A stretch of DNA of 64,000 nt from assembly GCA_963777895.1 (NCBI GenBank), contig CAVZSF010000005.1, forward strand, positions 391,949-455,948, written 5' to 3'. Below the pieces are notes generated by a model. That model was given only the letters and a program-made list of their open reading frames with translations. It did not search any database and had not been told where the DNA came from. Shown here in pieces: positions 51,228 through 60,779 of the stretch. The position numbers and the translations under genes were made by a program. Every line of letters starts with the position of its first letter. Within the stretch, counting starts at the first letter, position 1. Source of the DNA: an uncultured Thermoleophilia bacterium (GTDB taxonomy: Bacteria > Actinomycetota > Thermoleophilia > UBA2241).

Positions 51228-52196
51228 TCACTCGAGGTGCTGCTCGAGCAGCAGCGTCTCTTCGGTGAACCCGAGCGAGCGGTACAGGTGCTTGGCGCGC
51301 TCGTTCTCGAAGCCGGTGCCGATGCTGATCTCCGCGACGTCCTGCCGCTTGATGCGGGCGAGCGCCTCTTCGAGCAGCGCTCGCCCGATGCCCTGGTCCC
51401 GATACGCGCGAGTGACGGCCGCCTCGGCGATGATCACCGATCTTCTTGCGTGGAAGAGGCCACGGGCGAGCGTCCAGGTGACGACGCCGACGACGGCGCC
51501 GTCGAGCTCCGCGACGACGGCGCCGCAGGCGTCGTCACCGAGGAACTGCACGACCCAGTCGTCGGTAACCGGCGAGGGCTCCTCCCACTCGTCGGCCATC
51601 TCGCGTATGAGGCCGGCCATGGCCGCCGCGTCGGCGGCCGCCGCCGGCCGGATGGTCGCGCCGGCCGCCGCGGCTCCACGTGCTCGCCGGCGCGCCCGCG
51701 CCTCGCCGTTCTCGGTGTCGCTGCCGAAGCGTCGCTCCAGCCCGATCGTCTCGTCCCGGAACCCCAGCCGCCGGTAGAGCGTCAGGGCGGCCTCGTTGGT
51801 GGGCTGCGCCGCGATCTCGGCCACGTGCAGACCCATAGGCTCGAAGCGCCGCAGGGCGGTCTGCAGGAGTGCCGTGGCGATGCCCTGCCGCCGGTGGTCG
51901 GCACGCACCACGAGGTGGCCGACCTCGACACTGCGAGCCTCCCTGAAGAAGCTCGGGAACACGGCGTAGCTGAGCATCGCGACGACCGCCTCCCCGTCGC
52001 GCGCCACGAGCAGCCCGTTGTCGCTGCCCTCCATGAACCGGATCACATCCGACTCGTGTGCGTCGGACGTCTCCCCTTCGGCCTCGCGAAGCTCGGCGAG
52101 GAGCGCGATGACCACCCTCGCATCCGCCGGCGTCGCATCGCCGATGCTGAACGTAGCCGTGCCAGCCTCCTTCGGTCCGGGCAGGGCACCCGGCAC
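51228..52196 (-). CDS. Tandem two-domain GNAT acetyltransferase, paralog of the adjacent gene
   Basis: Domain 1 has HRRQGIATALL. Domain 2 has YRDQGIGRALL...ENERAKHLYRSLGF, nearly identical to the motif in the neighbouring gene. Confidence 0.7.
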   Translation of the reverse strand: MPGALPGPKEAGTATFSIGDATPADARVVIALLAELREAEGETSDAHESDVIRFMEGSDNGLLVARDGEAVVAMLSYAVFPSFFREARSVEVGHLVVRADHRRQGIATALLQTALRRFEPMGLHVAEIAAQPTNEAALTLYRRLGFRDETIGLERRFGSDTENGEARARRRARGAAAAGATIRPAAAADAAAMAGLIREMADEWEEPSPVTDDWVVQFLGDDACGAVVAELDGAVVGVVTWTLARGLFHARRSVIIAEAAVTRAYRDQGIGRALLEEALARIKRQDVAEISIGTGFENERAKHLYRSLGFTEETLLLEQHLE

Positions 52197-52284
52197 GCGC
52201 GGTCGGGCGCCGCGAGCGCGAGCTCAGACGGCGTTTCCCCTGCGAGCGCGTAGTATAGTCGCCAGCCTGAAGCGTACGAACGGC

Positions 52285-53580
52285 ATGGAGGCACGTTTGA
52301 ACCTGGAGACGTCGGCGCGCCTATACGAGGAGGCGCTCAAGTACATCCCCGGCGGCGTCAACTCGCCGGTGCGCGCCATGAAGGGCGTGGGCATGCCGCA
52401 TCCGCTCTTCGTGGCGCGCGGCAAGGGCGCCCACATCTGGGACGTCGACGGCAACGAGTACGTCGACTTCGTCTCGTCGTGGGGCCCGATGATCCTGGGA
52501 TGGGGCCACCCCGACGTGCTCGGCCGCCTGCACGCCGTCCTCGGCGACGGCACGAGCTTCGGCGCGCCCACGGCCGTGGAGATCGACCTTGCCCGCCTCA
52601 TCTGCGAGGCCGTGCCATCCGTCGAGCTCGTACGCATGGTCAACTCCGGGACCGAAGCGACGATGAGCGCCGTGCGCGTCGCCCGCGGCTTCACCGGCCG
52701 CGAGAAGATCGTGAAGTTCATCGGCTGCTACCACGGCCACTCGGACGCCTTCCTGGCGGCCGCCGGCAGCGGCGTGCTCACCCTGTCGCTCCCGGACAGC
52801 CCGGGCGTGACCAGGGGGACGACCGCCGACACCCTCCTGCTCGAGTACAACGACGTGGAGGGCCTGACGGCGCTGTTCGAGGAGCGCGGCGAAGAGATCG
52901 CCGCGCTCATCGTCGAGCCCGTGGCCGGCAACATGGGCGTCGTGCCTCCGCAGCCGGGCTTCCTGGAAGCCTGCCGCGAGCTGTGCACGCGCTTCGGCGC
53001 CGTCCTCATCTTCGACGAAGTGATCACCGGCTTCCGGGTGGCGTGGGGCGGGGCGCAGGAGCGCTTCGGCGTGCTGCCCGACCTCACGACGCTCGGCAAG
53101 ATCATCGGCGGGGGGCTCCCGGTGGGCGCCTTCGGCGGCCGCCGGGAACTCATGGAGACGGTGGCCCCGCTCGGCGCCACGTACCAGGCCGGCACGCTCT
53201 CGGGAAACCCGCTGGCGATGGCGGCCGGCGTGGCGACGCTCAGCGTCCTGTCGGAACCCGGCGTGTACGAGCGGCTGGAGGCGCTCGCCGCGCGCGCGGC
53301 GGCGGGCCTCGAGGAGGCCGCGGCGCAGGGCGAGCGCCCCGTCACGCTCAACCGTGTCGGCGCCATGATGACCATGTTCTTCTGTGGCGGTCCCGTCACG
53401 GGCTTTGCCGACGCGAAGCGAGCCGACACGGCCGCCTTCGCGTCCTACCACCGCCACATGCTGGAGCACGGCGTCTACCTCGCGCCCTCCCAGTTCGAGT
53501 CGGCCATGATCTCGCTGGCGCTGACCGACGACGACCTGGCGCAGGCGCGCGCGGCGGCGATGTCCTGGTTCGCCGGTTGA
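52285..53580 (+). CDS. hemL: Glutamate-1-semialdehyde 2,1-aminomutase
   Basis: A full-length class III aminotransferase with motifs YIPGGVNSPVRA and IFDEVITGFR. Confidence 0.95.
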   Translation: MEARLNLETSARLYEEALKYIPGGVNSPVRAMKGVGMPHPLFVARGKGAHIWDVDGNEYVDFVSSWGPMILGWGHPDVLGRLHAVLGDGTSFGAPTAVEIDLARLICEAVPSVELVRMVNSGTEATMSAVRVARGFTGREKIVKFIGCYHGHSDAFLAAAGSGVLTLSLPDSPGVTRGTTADTLLLEYNDVEGLTALFEERGEEIAALIVEPVAGNMGVVPPQPGFLEACRELCTRFGAVLIFDEVITGFRVAWGGAQERFGVLPDLTTLGKIIGGGLPVGAFGGRRELMETVAPLGATYQAGTLSGNPLAMAAGVATLSVLSEPGVYERLEALAARAAAGLEEAAAQGERPVTLNRVGAMMTMFFCGGPVTGFADAKRADTAAFASYHRHMLEHGVYLAPSQFESAMISLALTDDDLAQARAAAMSWFAG

Positions 53581-53592
53581 GAGGGGGAGATC

Positions 53593-54252
53593 ATGCGCGA
53601 CGGTGAGAAGCGCAGGGTGCCGTCGGTCACCGTGCCGCGGCTCGCGCTCTACCTGAGGAAGCTCCGCGAGTTGCGCGGGCGGGGCGTGACACGTGTCTCG
53701 TCTCGGGACCTGGCCGAGCTGATCGACCTGAACCCGGCCCAGATCCGCAAGGACTTCTCTTACTTCGGGGAGTTCGGCACACGTGGGGTGGGTTACGAGG
53801 TCGAGCGCCTGATCGACGAGATCACCCACTCGCTGGGGCTCGACCAGACCTGGAATCTTGTGATCGTCGGGGCCGGCCTGCTGGGCACAGCACTGGCGCG
53901 GTACCGCGGCTTCAGCGAGCAGGGGTTCAAGCTGATCGGCATGTTCGACGTCTCCGAGAAGGTGATCGGCGCCAGCTACGGCAGCGGCCGCGTCCAGTCG
54001 GTGGCCGAGCTCGAGGACTTCTGCGCGGCCAACCAGGTCGACATCGCCATCGTGGCGGTGCCGCCGGCGGACGCCCAGGCCACCGTCGACCGGCTGGTCG
54101 TCGCCGGCATCCGCGCCATCCTCAACTTCGCGCCCGTGAAGGTCAGCGTGCGTAAGGGCGTGACGGTGCGGCAGGTCGACCTCTCGAGCGAGCTGATGTT
54201 CCTCTCGTACTCGCTCGCCTCGGGCGCCGCCGGGGGCGACGAGTCGGCGTGA
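53593..54252 (+). CDS. rex: Redox-sensing transcriptional repressor Rex
   Basis: An N-terminal wHTH reads RLALYLRKLRELRGRGVTRVSSRDLAE. The Rossmann segment reads VIVGAGLLGTALA. Confidence 0.85.
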   Translation: MRDGEKRRVPSVTVPRLALYLRKLRELRGRGVTRVSSRDLAELIDLNPAQIRKDFSYFGEFGTRGVGYEVERLIDEITHSLGLDQTWNLVIVGAGLLGTALARYRGFSEQGFKLIGMFDVSEKVIGASYGSGRVQSVAELEDFCAANQVDIAIVAVPPADAQATVDRLVVAGIRAILNFAPVKVSVRKGVTVRQVDLSSELMFLSYSLASGAAGGDESA

Positions 54253-54727
54253 TGCGAGGCGGCAGGGGCGGCGGCGTGGCTTGCCGCGCAGCCTGGCGAT
54301 AGCGCGCATCGCGGGGTCGGCGCCTCTCCCTTCGGCGTGTCGTCCTCGCATCCGCCGGGGGCTGCGGTCTGCCACTGTGCCTGAGTATTTAGTACAACTC
54401 GCTGTATCTTGATTGACACTGCATCGGGCCGGGTGTAGACACGGTCTGCTCTTCTGTTTGCGTACGTCGTCTGCTCTCGATGACCCCGCCCGATCCCGGG
54501 CCTGCCATCGAGGCACAGGGGGATGTGAACGACCATCGCGGTGAAGCTGGCCTCTTTCTCCTCGCCGTGCCTCTGCATGCAGACGAACCCGGGCCTGCGT
54601 GGCCCCGCCCGGCCCATCCTCACGCTCCTCGACGCGGCGTGACCGTAGAAGGAGGTGACGACCGCAGGCTTCCTCAGGTCCTGTTCGTTCCCGAAGTCCT
54701 TTGAGGGCATCAGCATGGAGGCATCGA
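54253..54727 (+). promoter_or_regulatory. Long (475 nt) lower-GC leader/intergenic region upstream of the BMP-family transporter operon
   Basis: AT-rich segment ctgagtatttagtacaactcgctgtatcttgattgacactgc. Listed ORFs in this region lack coding-type third-position GC. Confidence 0.35.
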
Positions 54728-55822
54728 ATGCGAGAAGGTAAGTTCCACCGCGGGTTCGTCCTAGCGCTCGTCTTGATCGTCGTCCTCACCGTGTCAGTGG
54801 TCGCCGCCGCGTGCGGCCGCTCCGACGACACCGCCGAGCCTGCCTCGAGCGGAAGTGCAGTCGCCCAGCTCACCAAGATCGCGGTGATCACTCCCGAGAA
54901 GGGCAACGACTACGGCTGGAACCAGCAGGGTGTCGAAGGCGCCCAGGCGGCGGCCGACGCGATCGGCGCCGAGCTGATCGTGCAAGATGGCGCCGGGTAC
55001 GGCGACATCACCCCCATCATGGACCAGCTGGGCTCGGCCGGAGCGGAGTTCATCTTCCCGTGGGCCAGTGGCTACAACACGGTGGCCCCCCAGATGGCGC
55101 AGCAGCTGCAGATCCCGGTGACGGTCAGTGACCCCGGTACCGAAGAGGCGAACCAGCCGCAGCTCGTCCAGGCTATGGAGACCAACGGCCAGAACGGCGG
55201 CTACCTCGCAGGTGTGCTCGCGGGCAAGATGACCAAGTCCGGCACGGCGGCCATCGTGGTGTCGGCCGAGGACCTCAACTGGTCGAAGATGGCCGGCGGC
55301 TTCGTTGCCGGCGCCAAGTCGGTCGCTCCTGACATCAAGATCCTCTACGTGCAGATCGGCCAGGCCGCCTACGCCGACGCGGCGGGCGGCAAGCGCGTCA
55401 CCGCCAACGCCATCTCCGCGGGTGCGGACGTGGTCTTCGGGATGGGCGACGGCTCATCGTTCGGCATGATGCAGGCAGTCGAGACCGCGACGCCGCCGAG
55501 CGGCGCCGACAAGGTCTGGTTCATCGACGTGATCGGCGACAAGAGCCCGACCGACAAGAAGGGCGTTCTCCTGTCGTCGGTCCTGTGGGACTGGTCGACG
55601 CTCATGACGAAGGCGCTCACCGACTATGAGGCGGGCACCATGGGGACCGCCAGCTACTATCTCGACCTCGACAACGGCATGGGCCTGCTGCAGACGCAGT
55701 ACATCCCGGCCGACGTCTGGACCGCTTGCGAGGATGCCAAGGCGGGCGTCATGGACGGCAGCATCTCGGTGCCGACGCTGACCACCAGCAAGGAAGTCAA
55801 GGCCGCCATCGCGGGGCAGTGA
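54728..55822 (+). CDS. BMP family (PnrA/Med-like) ABC transporter substrate-binding lipoprotein
   Basis: Lipobox AAACG. Typical BMP fold pattern, e.g. KIAVITPEKGNDYGWNQQG. Confidence 0.8.
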   Translation: MREGKFHRGFVLALVLIVVLTVSVVAAACGRSDDTAEPASSGSAVAQLTKIAVITPEKGNDYGWNQQGVEGAQAAADAIGAELIVQDGAGYGDITPIMDQLGSAGAEFIFPWASGYNTVAPQMAQQLQIPVTVSDPGTEEANQPQLVQAMETNGQNGGYLAGVLAGKMTKSGTAAIVVSAEDLNWSKMAGGFVAGAKSVAPDIKILYVQIGQAAYADAAGGKRVTANAISAGADVVFGMGDGSSFGMMQAVETATPPSGADKVWFIDVIGDKSPTDKKGVLLSSVLWDWSTLMTKALTDYEAGTMGTASYYLDLDNGMGLLQTQYIPADVWTACEDAKAGVMDGSISVPTLTTSKEVKAAIAGQ

Positions 55823-55824
55823 CG

Positions 55825-57501
55825 ATGACCCTCGTCCCTCACGCGGGTGACGAGGCGGGCGGGCGCGGTCTGGTGACCGCGCCCGCCCCTGCTGCCGACG
55901 AGGCGGCCCCCGGGGAAGCCTCGCAGCCCGACATCGCCATCCAGCTCTGCGGTATCACCAAGGTCTTCCCCGGTGTTCGCGCCAACGACTGTGTGAACCT
56001 CATCGTGCGGCGCGGCGAAGTGCTGTGCCTGCTCGGCGAGAATGGCGCCGGCAAGTCGACGCTGATGAACGTCCTCGCCGGCATCTACATCCCCGAGGAA
56101 GGCACGATCCGTGTGGGCGGTGCGGACGTTTCCATCACCTGTCCGCGTGACTCGATCGACCTGGGCATCGGGATGGTGCACCAGCACAGCAGCCTGATCC
56201 CCAACTTCACCGTTCTCGAGAACCTGATGCTCGGGCAGGGCGAGGGTGTGCGGCTCAGCCTGAAGAAGGCGCAGGAGGGGCTGGCGAGGCTGGCCGGCAT
56301 GCTCGGCGTCGAGGTCGATCCCGACACCGAAGTGGCGCAGCTTTCGCTCGGCCAGCAGCAGCAGGTCGAGATCATCAAGGCGCTGTGGCAGGGCTCGAAG
56401 GTGCTCATCCTGGACGAGCCGACCTCGATGCTGACGCCGAAGGGTATCGAGGACCTGGAACGGGTCCTCATGCACCTCAAGGAAGAGGGCCTTGCGATCG
56501 TCTTCATCACCCACAAGCTCCACGAGGCGTTCACCATCGGCGACTGCGTCGCGGTCCTCCGGCAGGGACGTCTCGAGGGAGGCGTCGACAGCGACTGCAT
56601 GAGAGCCTCGACGCCCGAGGAGCTTCAGCGCATGGTGGTCGAGCTCATGTTCCCCGGCGAAGCCGAGAGCCTGGCCAATGTCGCCGAGCTGCGCGACCTC
56701 GCGGAGCTGGGCGGGACAGGCCGCAAGGCAGAAGTGGGCGAGCCGTTGCTCGAGCTCGACGGTGTGACCGTCGCCGGGCGGCGCGGCGAGATCGGCATCG
56801 CAGAAGGATTCTCGCTCACCGTGCACGCCGGCGAAGTGGTCGGCATCGCCGGGGTAGACGGGAACGGGCAGCGGCCGCTGGCCGAAGCCATCGCCGGCCA
56901 GCGAACGCTGGCGAGCGGAGATGTCAGGCTCGCGGGGACCTCGCTGCGCAAGCTCAGCGTCGGTGCGCGGCAGCGGCTCGGGCTGCGCTACGTGACCGAC
57001 GACCGGCTCGGCGAAGGCATCGTGGGGCCGCTCAGCGTCGCCATCAACCTCGTGAGCAAGCGCATCGGCACGCCTCCCTTCTGGGTGCACGGCCGCACCA
57101 GGCCCGAGGCGATCGACGAGAACGCGCACGTGCTGGTGGAGGAGTACGGCATCAAGACCCCTTCCATCCACACCCACGCCGGATCGCTCTCGGGCGGCAA
57201 CGCCCAGAAGGTGGTCGTCGCGCGCGAGCTCTCCTTCGATCCGAAGGTCGTGGTGTTCAACAAGCCCACCTACGGGCTTGACGTGAAGACGACCGCCGCC
57301 GTCCGGGCTCATATCCGAGAGCTGGTCGACGGCGGCACGGCAGGCGCCCTCGTCATCTCCACGGACCTCGAGGAGCTGCTCGTGCTCAGCGACCGGGTCG
57401 CGGTGCTGTCGCGGGGTCACCTCATGGGGGTCGTCCAGAACAAGCCCGGCGCGGAACAAGAGATCGGCGCCCTGATGATCGGAGGGAGCCACAGTGAGTG
57501 A
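55825..57501 (+). CDS. ABC transporter ATP-binding protein with duplicated ATPase domains (BMP-type uptake system)
   Basis: Walker A GENGAGKSTL in domain 1 and a signature/Walker B in domain 2. It starts 3 nt after the upstream stop. Confidence 0.85.
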   Translation: MTLVPHAGDEAGGRGLVTAPAPAADEAAPGEASQPDIAIQLCGITKVFPGVRANDCVNLIVRRGEVLCLLGENGAGKSTLMNVLAGIYIPEEGTIRVGGADVSITCPRDSIDLGIGMVHQHSSLIPNFTVLENLMLGQGEGVRLSLKKAQEGLARLAGMLGVEVDPDTEVAQLSLGQQQQVEIIKALWQGSKVLILDEPTSMLTPKGIEDLERVLMHLKEEGLAIVFITHKLHEAFTIGDCVAVLRQGRLEGGVDSDCMRASTPEELQRMVVELMFPGEAESLANVAELRDLAELGGTGRKAEVGEPLLELDGVTVAGRRGEIGIAEGFSLTVHAGEVVGIAGVDGNGQRPLAEAIAGQRTLASGDVRLAGTSLRKLSVGARQRLGLRYVTDDRLGEGIVGPLSVAINLVSKRIGTPPFWVHGRTRPEAIDENAHVLVEEYGIKTPSIHTHAGSLSGGNAQKVVVARELSFDPKVVVFNKPTYGLDVKTTAAVRAHIRELVDGGTAGALVISTDLEELLVLSDRVAVLSRGHLMGVVQNKPGAEQEIGALMIGGSHSE

Positions 57502-58633
57502 CGTCACGAGCGAGGGCATCCTTGCTGTTCCGATGCCGGCATCGGTGTGGCACCGCGGGGCGAGTGCGTTCTGGCGCGCCGCCGGGCCGGTAGCCTACGG
57601 CCTGATCGCCGGCGGCGTCCTGCTGCTCATCATGGGCAAGAACCCGCTCTCCTTCTACTGGACCACGCTTGAGAGCGGGCTGCTCACCTGGGGCGGCCTC
57701 GTGCAGACCATCATCCGGCTGGCGCCGCTGCTGCTGATGTCGGCGGGGTTCATCGTCGCCTTCCAGGCGGGTCTGTGGAACATCGGCGGCGACGGGCAGT
57801 TCCTCATGGCGGCCGCCATGGTCGGTGGACTCGGCGCGTCGATGATGGGTGCGATGCCCTTCTGGCTTGCGCTCATCCTGCTGTGCCTGATCGGCTTTGC
57901 GGTGGGCGGCGCCTGGACGATCGTGCCCTCGTTCCTCAAGGCCTACTACGGCATGAACGAGATCATCACGAGCCTGATGATGGCCTACCTGGGCATCAAT
58001 CTCGCCAACATGCTCATCAAGGGACCCTTCCTCACTGACACGGGGTTCGTCCCGCAGACGAACCTCATCCCGTTCGACTACCTGCTCCCGTACATCCCGG
58101 GCTCCCGTATCCACGTCGGCATCATCATCGCCCTCGTGGTGCTCGCCATCGTGCACTACATGCAGACGAGGACCGGCTACGGGCTGCGCCTGCGCGTCCT
58201 GGGGGCGAACCCCAAGGCGGCGGTCCATGCGGGCATCAACGTGAAGAAGGACATCATGACCGCCTTCTTCCTGAGCGGCGCTCTCATCGGGCTTGCGGCG
58301 GCGGTCGAGGTGCTCGGCGTGTGGGGCTACGTGCGCGCCGACTGGAACCCCGCGTTCGGCATGACGCTCTTTGCGATCGTCTTCCTCGCGGGCCTCAACG
58401 TGATGGTGGTCATCCCGTTCGTGTTCTTCTTCGCCGTCATCCAGATAGGCGGTCACGAGGCGGCCCGCCAGGCCGGCCTCCCCAACGACTTTCTCCTGCT
58501 GCTGATCGGCCTGATCCTGTTCTTCATGGTGCTCACCGAATGGGCGCGCGGGCGGGACTGGTCCAACAAGGCGCGCAAGAAGACGGCGTCCGGCGCGCTT
58601 GCCGACGGGCCGGAGGCGGTGGACCATGCATGA
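57494..58633 (+). CDS. ABC transporter permease (BMP-type)
   Basis: 379 aa multi-TM protein overlapping the ATPase stop. Confidence 0.8.
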   Translation: MSDVTSEGILAVPMPASVWHRGASAFWRAAGPVAYGLIAGGVLLLIMGKNPLSFYWTTLESGLLTWGGLVQTIIRLAPLLLMSAGFIVAFQAGLWNIGGDGQFLMAAAMVGGLGASMMGAMPFWLALILLCLIGFAVGGAWTIVPSFLKAYYGMNEIITSLMMAYLGINLANMLIKGPFLTDTGFVPQTNLIPFDYLLPYIPGSRIHVGIIIALVVLAIVHYMQTRTGYGLRLRVLGANPKAAVHAGINVKKDIMTAFFLSGALIGLAAAVEVLGVWGYVRADWNPAFGMTLFAIVFLAGLNVMVVIPFVFFFAVIQIGGHEAARQAGLPNDFLLLLIGLILFFMVLTEWARGRDWSNKARKKTASGALADGPEAVDHA

Positions 58634-59561
58634 CCTCCTGACCGCGGACTTCCTGGCCGCCCTCATCTCGGGCGCCATCCTCGCCGGTATGCCGCTGCTG
58701 CTGGCGGCGCTCGGCGAGACCATCTCGGAGCAGGGCGGCCTGCTGAACATCGGCCTCGAGGGCATGATGCTCCTCGGCGCCTACGCGGGCTTCGTGGTCG
58801 CCAACTCGACCGGCTCGTCGTGGCTCGGCTTCCTCGCGTCCATTCTCGCGGGCATGGCCGTGGCCATGCTGATGGTCGTCTTCTGCGTGCGCATGGGACG
58901 CGACCAGATCGTCGTCGGCATCGCCATCCTGCTCGCCATGGAGGGTTTGACGAGCCTGCTGCACGCGGCGCAGTTCGGCGAAAGCTACCCGCGCCTCGAC
59001 AACGTGCCGAACGTCCCGCTGCCCGGCCTCAACGACATCCCCGTGCTCGGACCCAGCATCTTCAGCCAGCCCTTGATCGTGTACATCGGGATCGCGCTGA
59101 TCTTCGTGGTCGGCTGGGTGCTCTACAAGACGAACCTGGGGCTCAACATCCGGGCGGCGGGATGGAAGCCGGTCGCGCTCGACAACGCCGGCGTGGACGT
59201 GCTCAAGATCCGCACCATCGCCGTTCTGGCCACCGGCGCCCTGGCCGGCTTGGGCGGCGGCTACATGTCGATCGTCACGGCCGGCATCTTCGTGCCGTTC
59301 ATGACGGGCGGCCTCGGGTTCATCGCCATCGTCATCGCGATGCTCGGCCGCGGCCGACCGGGATGGGTCTTTGTCGGCTCCCTGCTCTTCGGCGTGGCTC
59401 TCTCGATCGCCACGGCGCTGCAGCTCGTCGGCATCAACGTGTCCACTGATGTGGTGCAGATGCTACCGTTCCTCACCGTCATCGTGGCTCTCGCCCTGTT
59501 CGCGCGGCAGTCGTATCTGCCGGCGGCCCTCGCGACGCCGTTCGTGAGGGGACAGCGATGA
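58626..59561 (+). CDS. ABC transporter permease (BMP-type)
   Basis: Multi-TM protein starting MHDLLTADFLAALISGAIL. Confidence 0.8.
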   Translation: MHDLLTADFLAALISGAILAGMPLLLAALGETISEQGGLLNIGLEGMMLLGAYAGFVVANSTGSSWLGFLASILAGMAVAMLMVVFCVRMGRDQIVVGIAILLAMEGLTSLLHAAQFGESYPRLDNVPNVPLPGLNDIPVLGPSIFSQPLIVYIGIALIFVVGWVLYKTNLGLNIRAAGWKPVALDNAGVDVLKIRTIAVLATGALAGLGGGYMSIVTAGIFVPFMTGGLGFIAIVIAMLGRGRPGWVFVGSLLFGVALSIATALQLVGINVSTDVVQMLPFLTVIVALALFARQSYLPAALATPFVRGQR

Positions 59562-59595
59562 CGGGCCCGGGTCCGAACGGAAAGGTGTGAGGCGA

Positions 59596-60759
59596 ATGGC
59601 TCGCTCCCCCGAATTCATCATGACAGCGGGACCAGTCCAGCTCTCGGACAGGGTCCGATCGGCTCTGGGCGGCCCGCTGCTGTTCGACTACACGCCAGAT
59701 TTCATGGCGCTCTTCCGTGACACCGAGGAGAAGTTCAAGGAGTTCCTGCAGACGCGCAACGACATCGTGATGATGCAGGGAGAGGCCCTGCTCGGGCTGG
59801 AGGCCATCTCGGTCTGCGGCCTGGACGACGGCGACGCGGTCATCAACGTCGAGAGCGGGCACTACGGCGAGGGCAACCGCTACTTCATCGAGAAGTACGG
59901 CGGCACGGCCATCCCGGTGGAGACACCCTGGAACACCGTGGTCCAGCCGGAACAGCTCGAAGCCGTGCTCAAGGCGCACCCGGAGGCGAAGATCCTCTGG
60001 CTGGTCCACTGCGAGACTCCCTGCGGGACTCAGGCCGACCTCGGGACACTGGCGAAGCTGGGCAAGCAGTACGGCAAGCTCGTCTTCGTCGACTCGGTGA
60101 GTTGTGCCGGCAGCGTCCCGGTGCGCGTCGACGAGTGGGGAATCGACATCGTCTCGGTCGGCTCCCAGAAGGTGCTCGGTGCTCCGCCCGGGTTGAGCGC
60201 CATGTCCATCTCGGACGCCGCCTGGGACCTCTTTCGCAACGTGAAGAAGCCGAACCGCTACTCGTACTTCAGCATCCTCGATTGGAAGGAGCTGTGGCTC
60301 GAGAAGGAGATCTGGCCGTACACGGCCTCGACCGCCGAGGTGGCGGCCCTGAACGCCGCCGTCACCGAGTATCTCGAGATCGGCCACGAGGAGAACTTCC
60401 GCCGCTATGCGGAGGTGAGCCGGGCGACGCGCGCCGGTGTCCGGGCGATGGGGCTGGAGCTGTGGGCCGACAGCGAGGAACACGCCGCCGCGGTCGCGAC
60501 CGCCGTCGCCATACCCGAGGGCATTGACGACGAGGAGCTGAGGTCGCGCATGCGAGACCAGTTCGGCGTCTTGATCTCGGGCAGCCTCTTCAACACCCCC
60601 ATCTACGGCAAGCTCGTGCGCATCGGCCACATGGGGAGGACGTGCAGCCCGACGTATGCCCTGGCTGCCCTGGCCGCCATGGGTCACTCCTTCAACCAGA
60701 TGGGGCACGCGGTGAACGTCGGGGCCGGCATCGAAGCTGCGTTAGCGGCATTGGACTGA
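59596..60759 (+). CDS. Class V aminotransferase (AGXT/PhnW-like, PLP-dependent)
   Basis: The PLP-lysine context reads VDIVSVGSQKVLGAPPGLS. About 388 aa. Confidence 0.8.
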   Translation: MARSPEFIMTAGPVQLSDRVRSALGGPLLFDYTPDFMALFRDTEEKFKEFLQTRNDIVMMQGEALLGLEAISVCGLDDGDAVINVESGHYGEGNRYFIEKYGGTAIPVETPWNTVVQPEQLEAVLKAHPEAKILWLVHCETPCGTQADLGTLAKLGKQYGKLVFVDSVSCAGSVPVRVDEWGIDIVSVGSQKVLGAPPGLSAMSISDAAWDLFRNVKKPNRYSYFSILDWKELWLEKEIWPYTASTAEVAALNAAVTEYLEIGHEENFRRYAEVSRATRAGVRAMGLELWADSEEHAAAVATAVAIPEGIDDEELRSRMRDQFGVLISGSLFNTPIYGKLVRIGHMGRTCSPTYALAALAAMGHSFNQMGHAVNVGAGIEAALAALD

Positions 60760-60779
60760 GCGAAGGGAGTAGTTGCGCC

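Noticed and set aside
52321-54906. 861 aa minus-strand ORF across hemL-rex and the long leader
   Set aside because: Antisense to hemL and rex, which are unambiguous. Its composition is non-protein-like.
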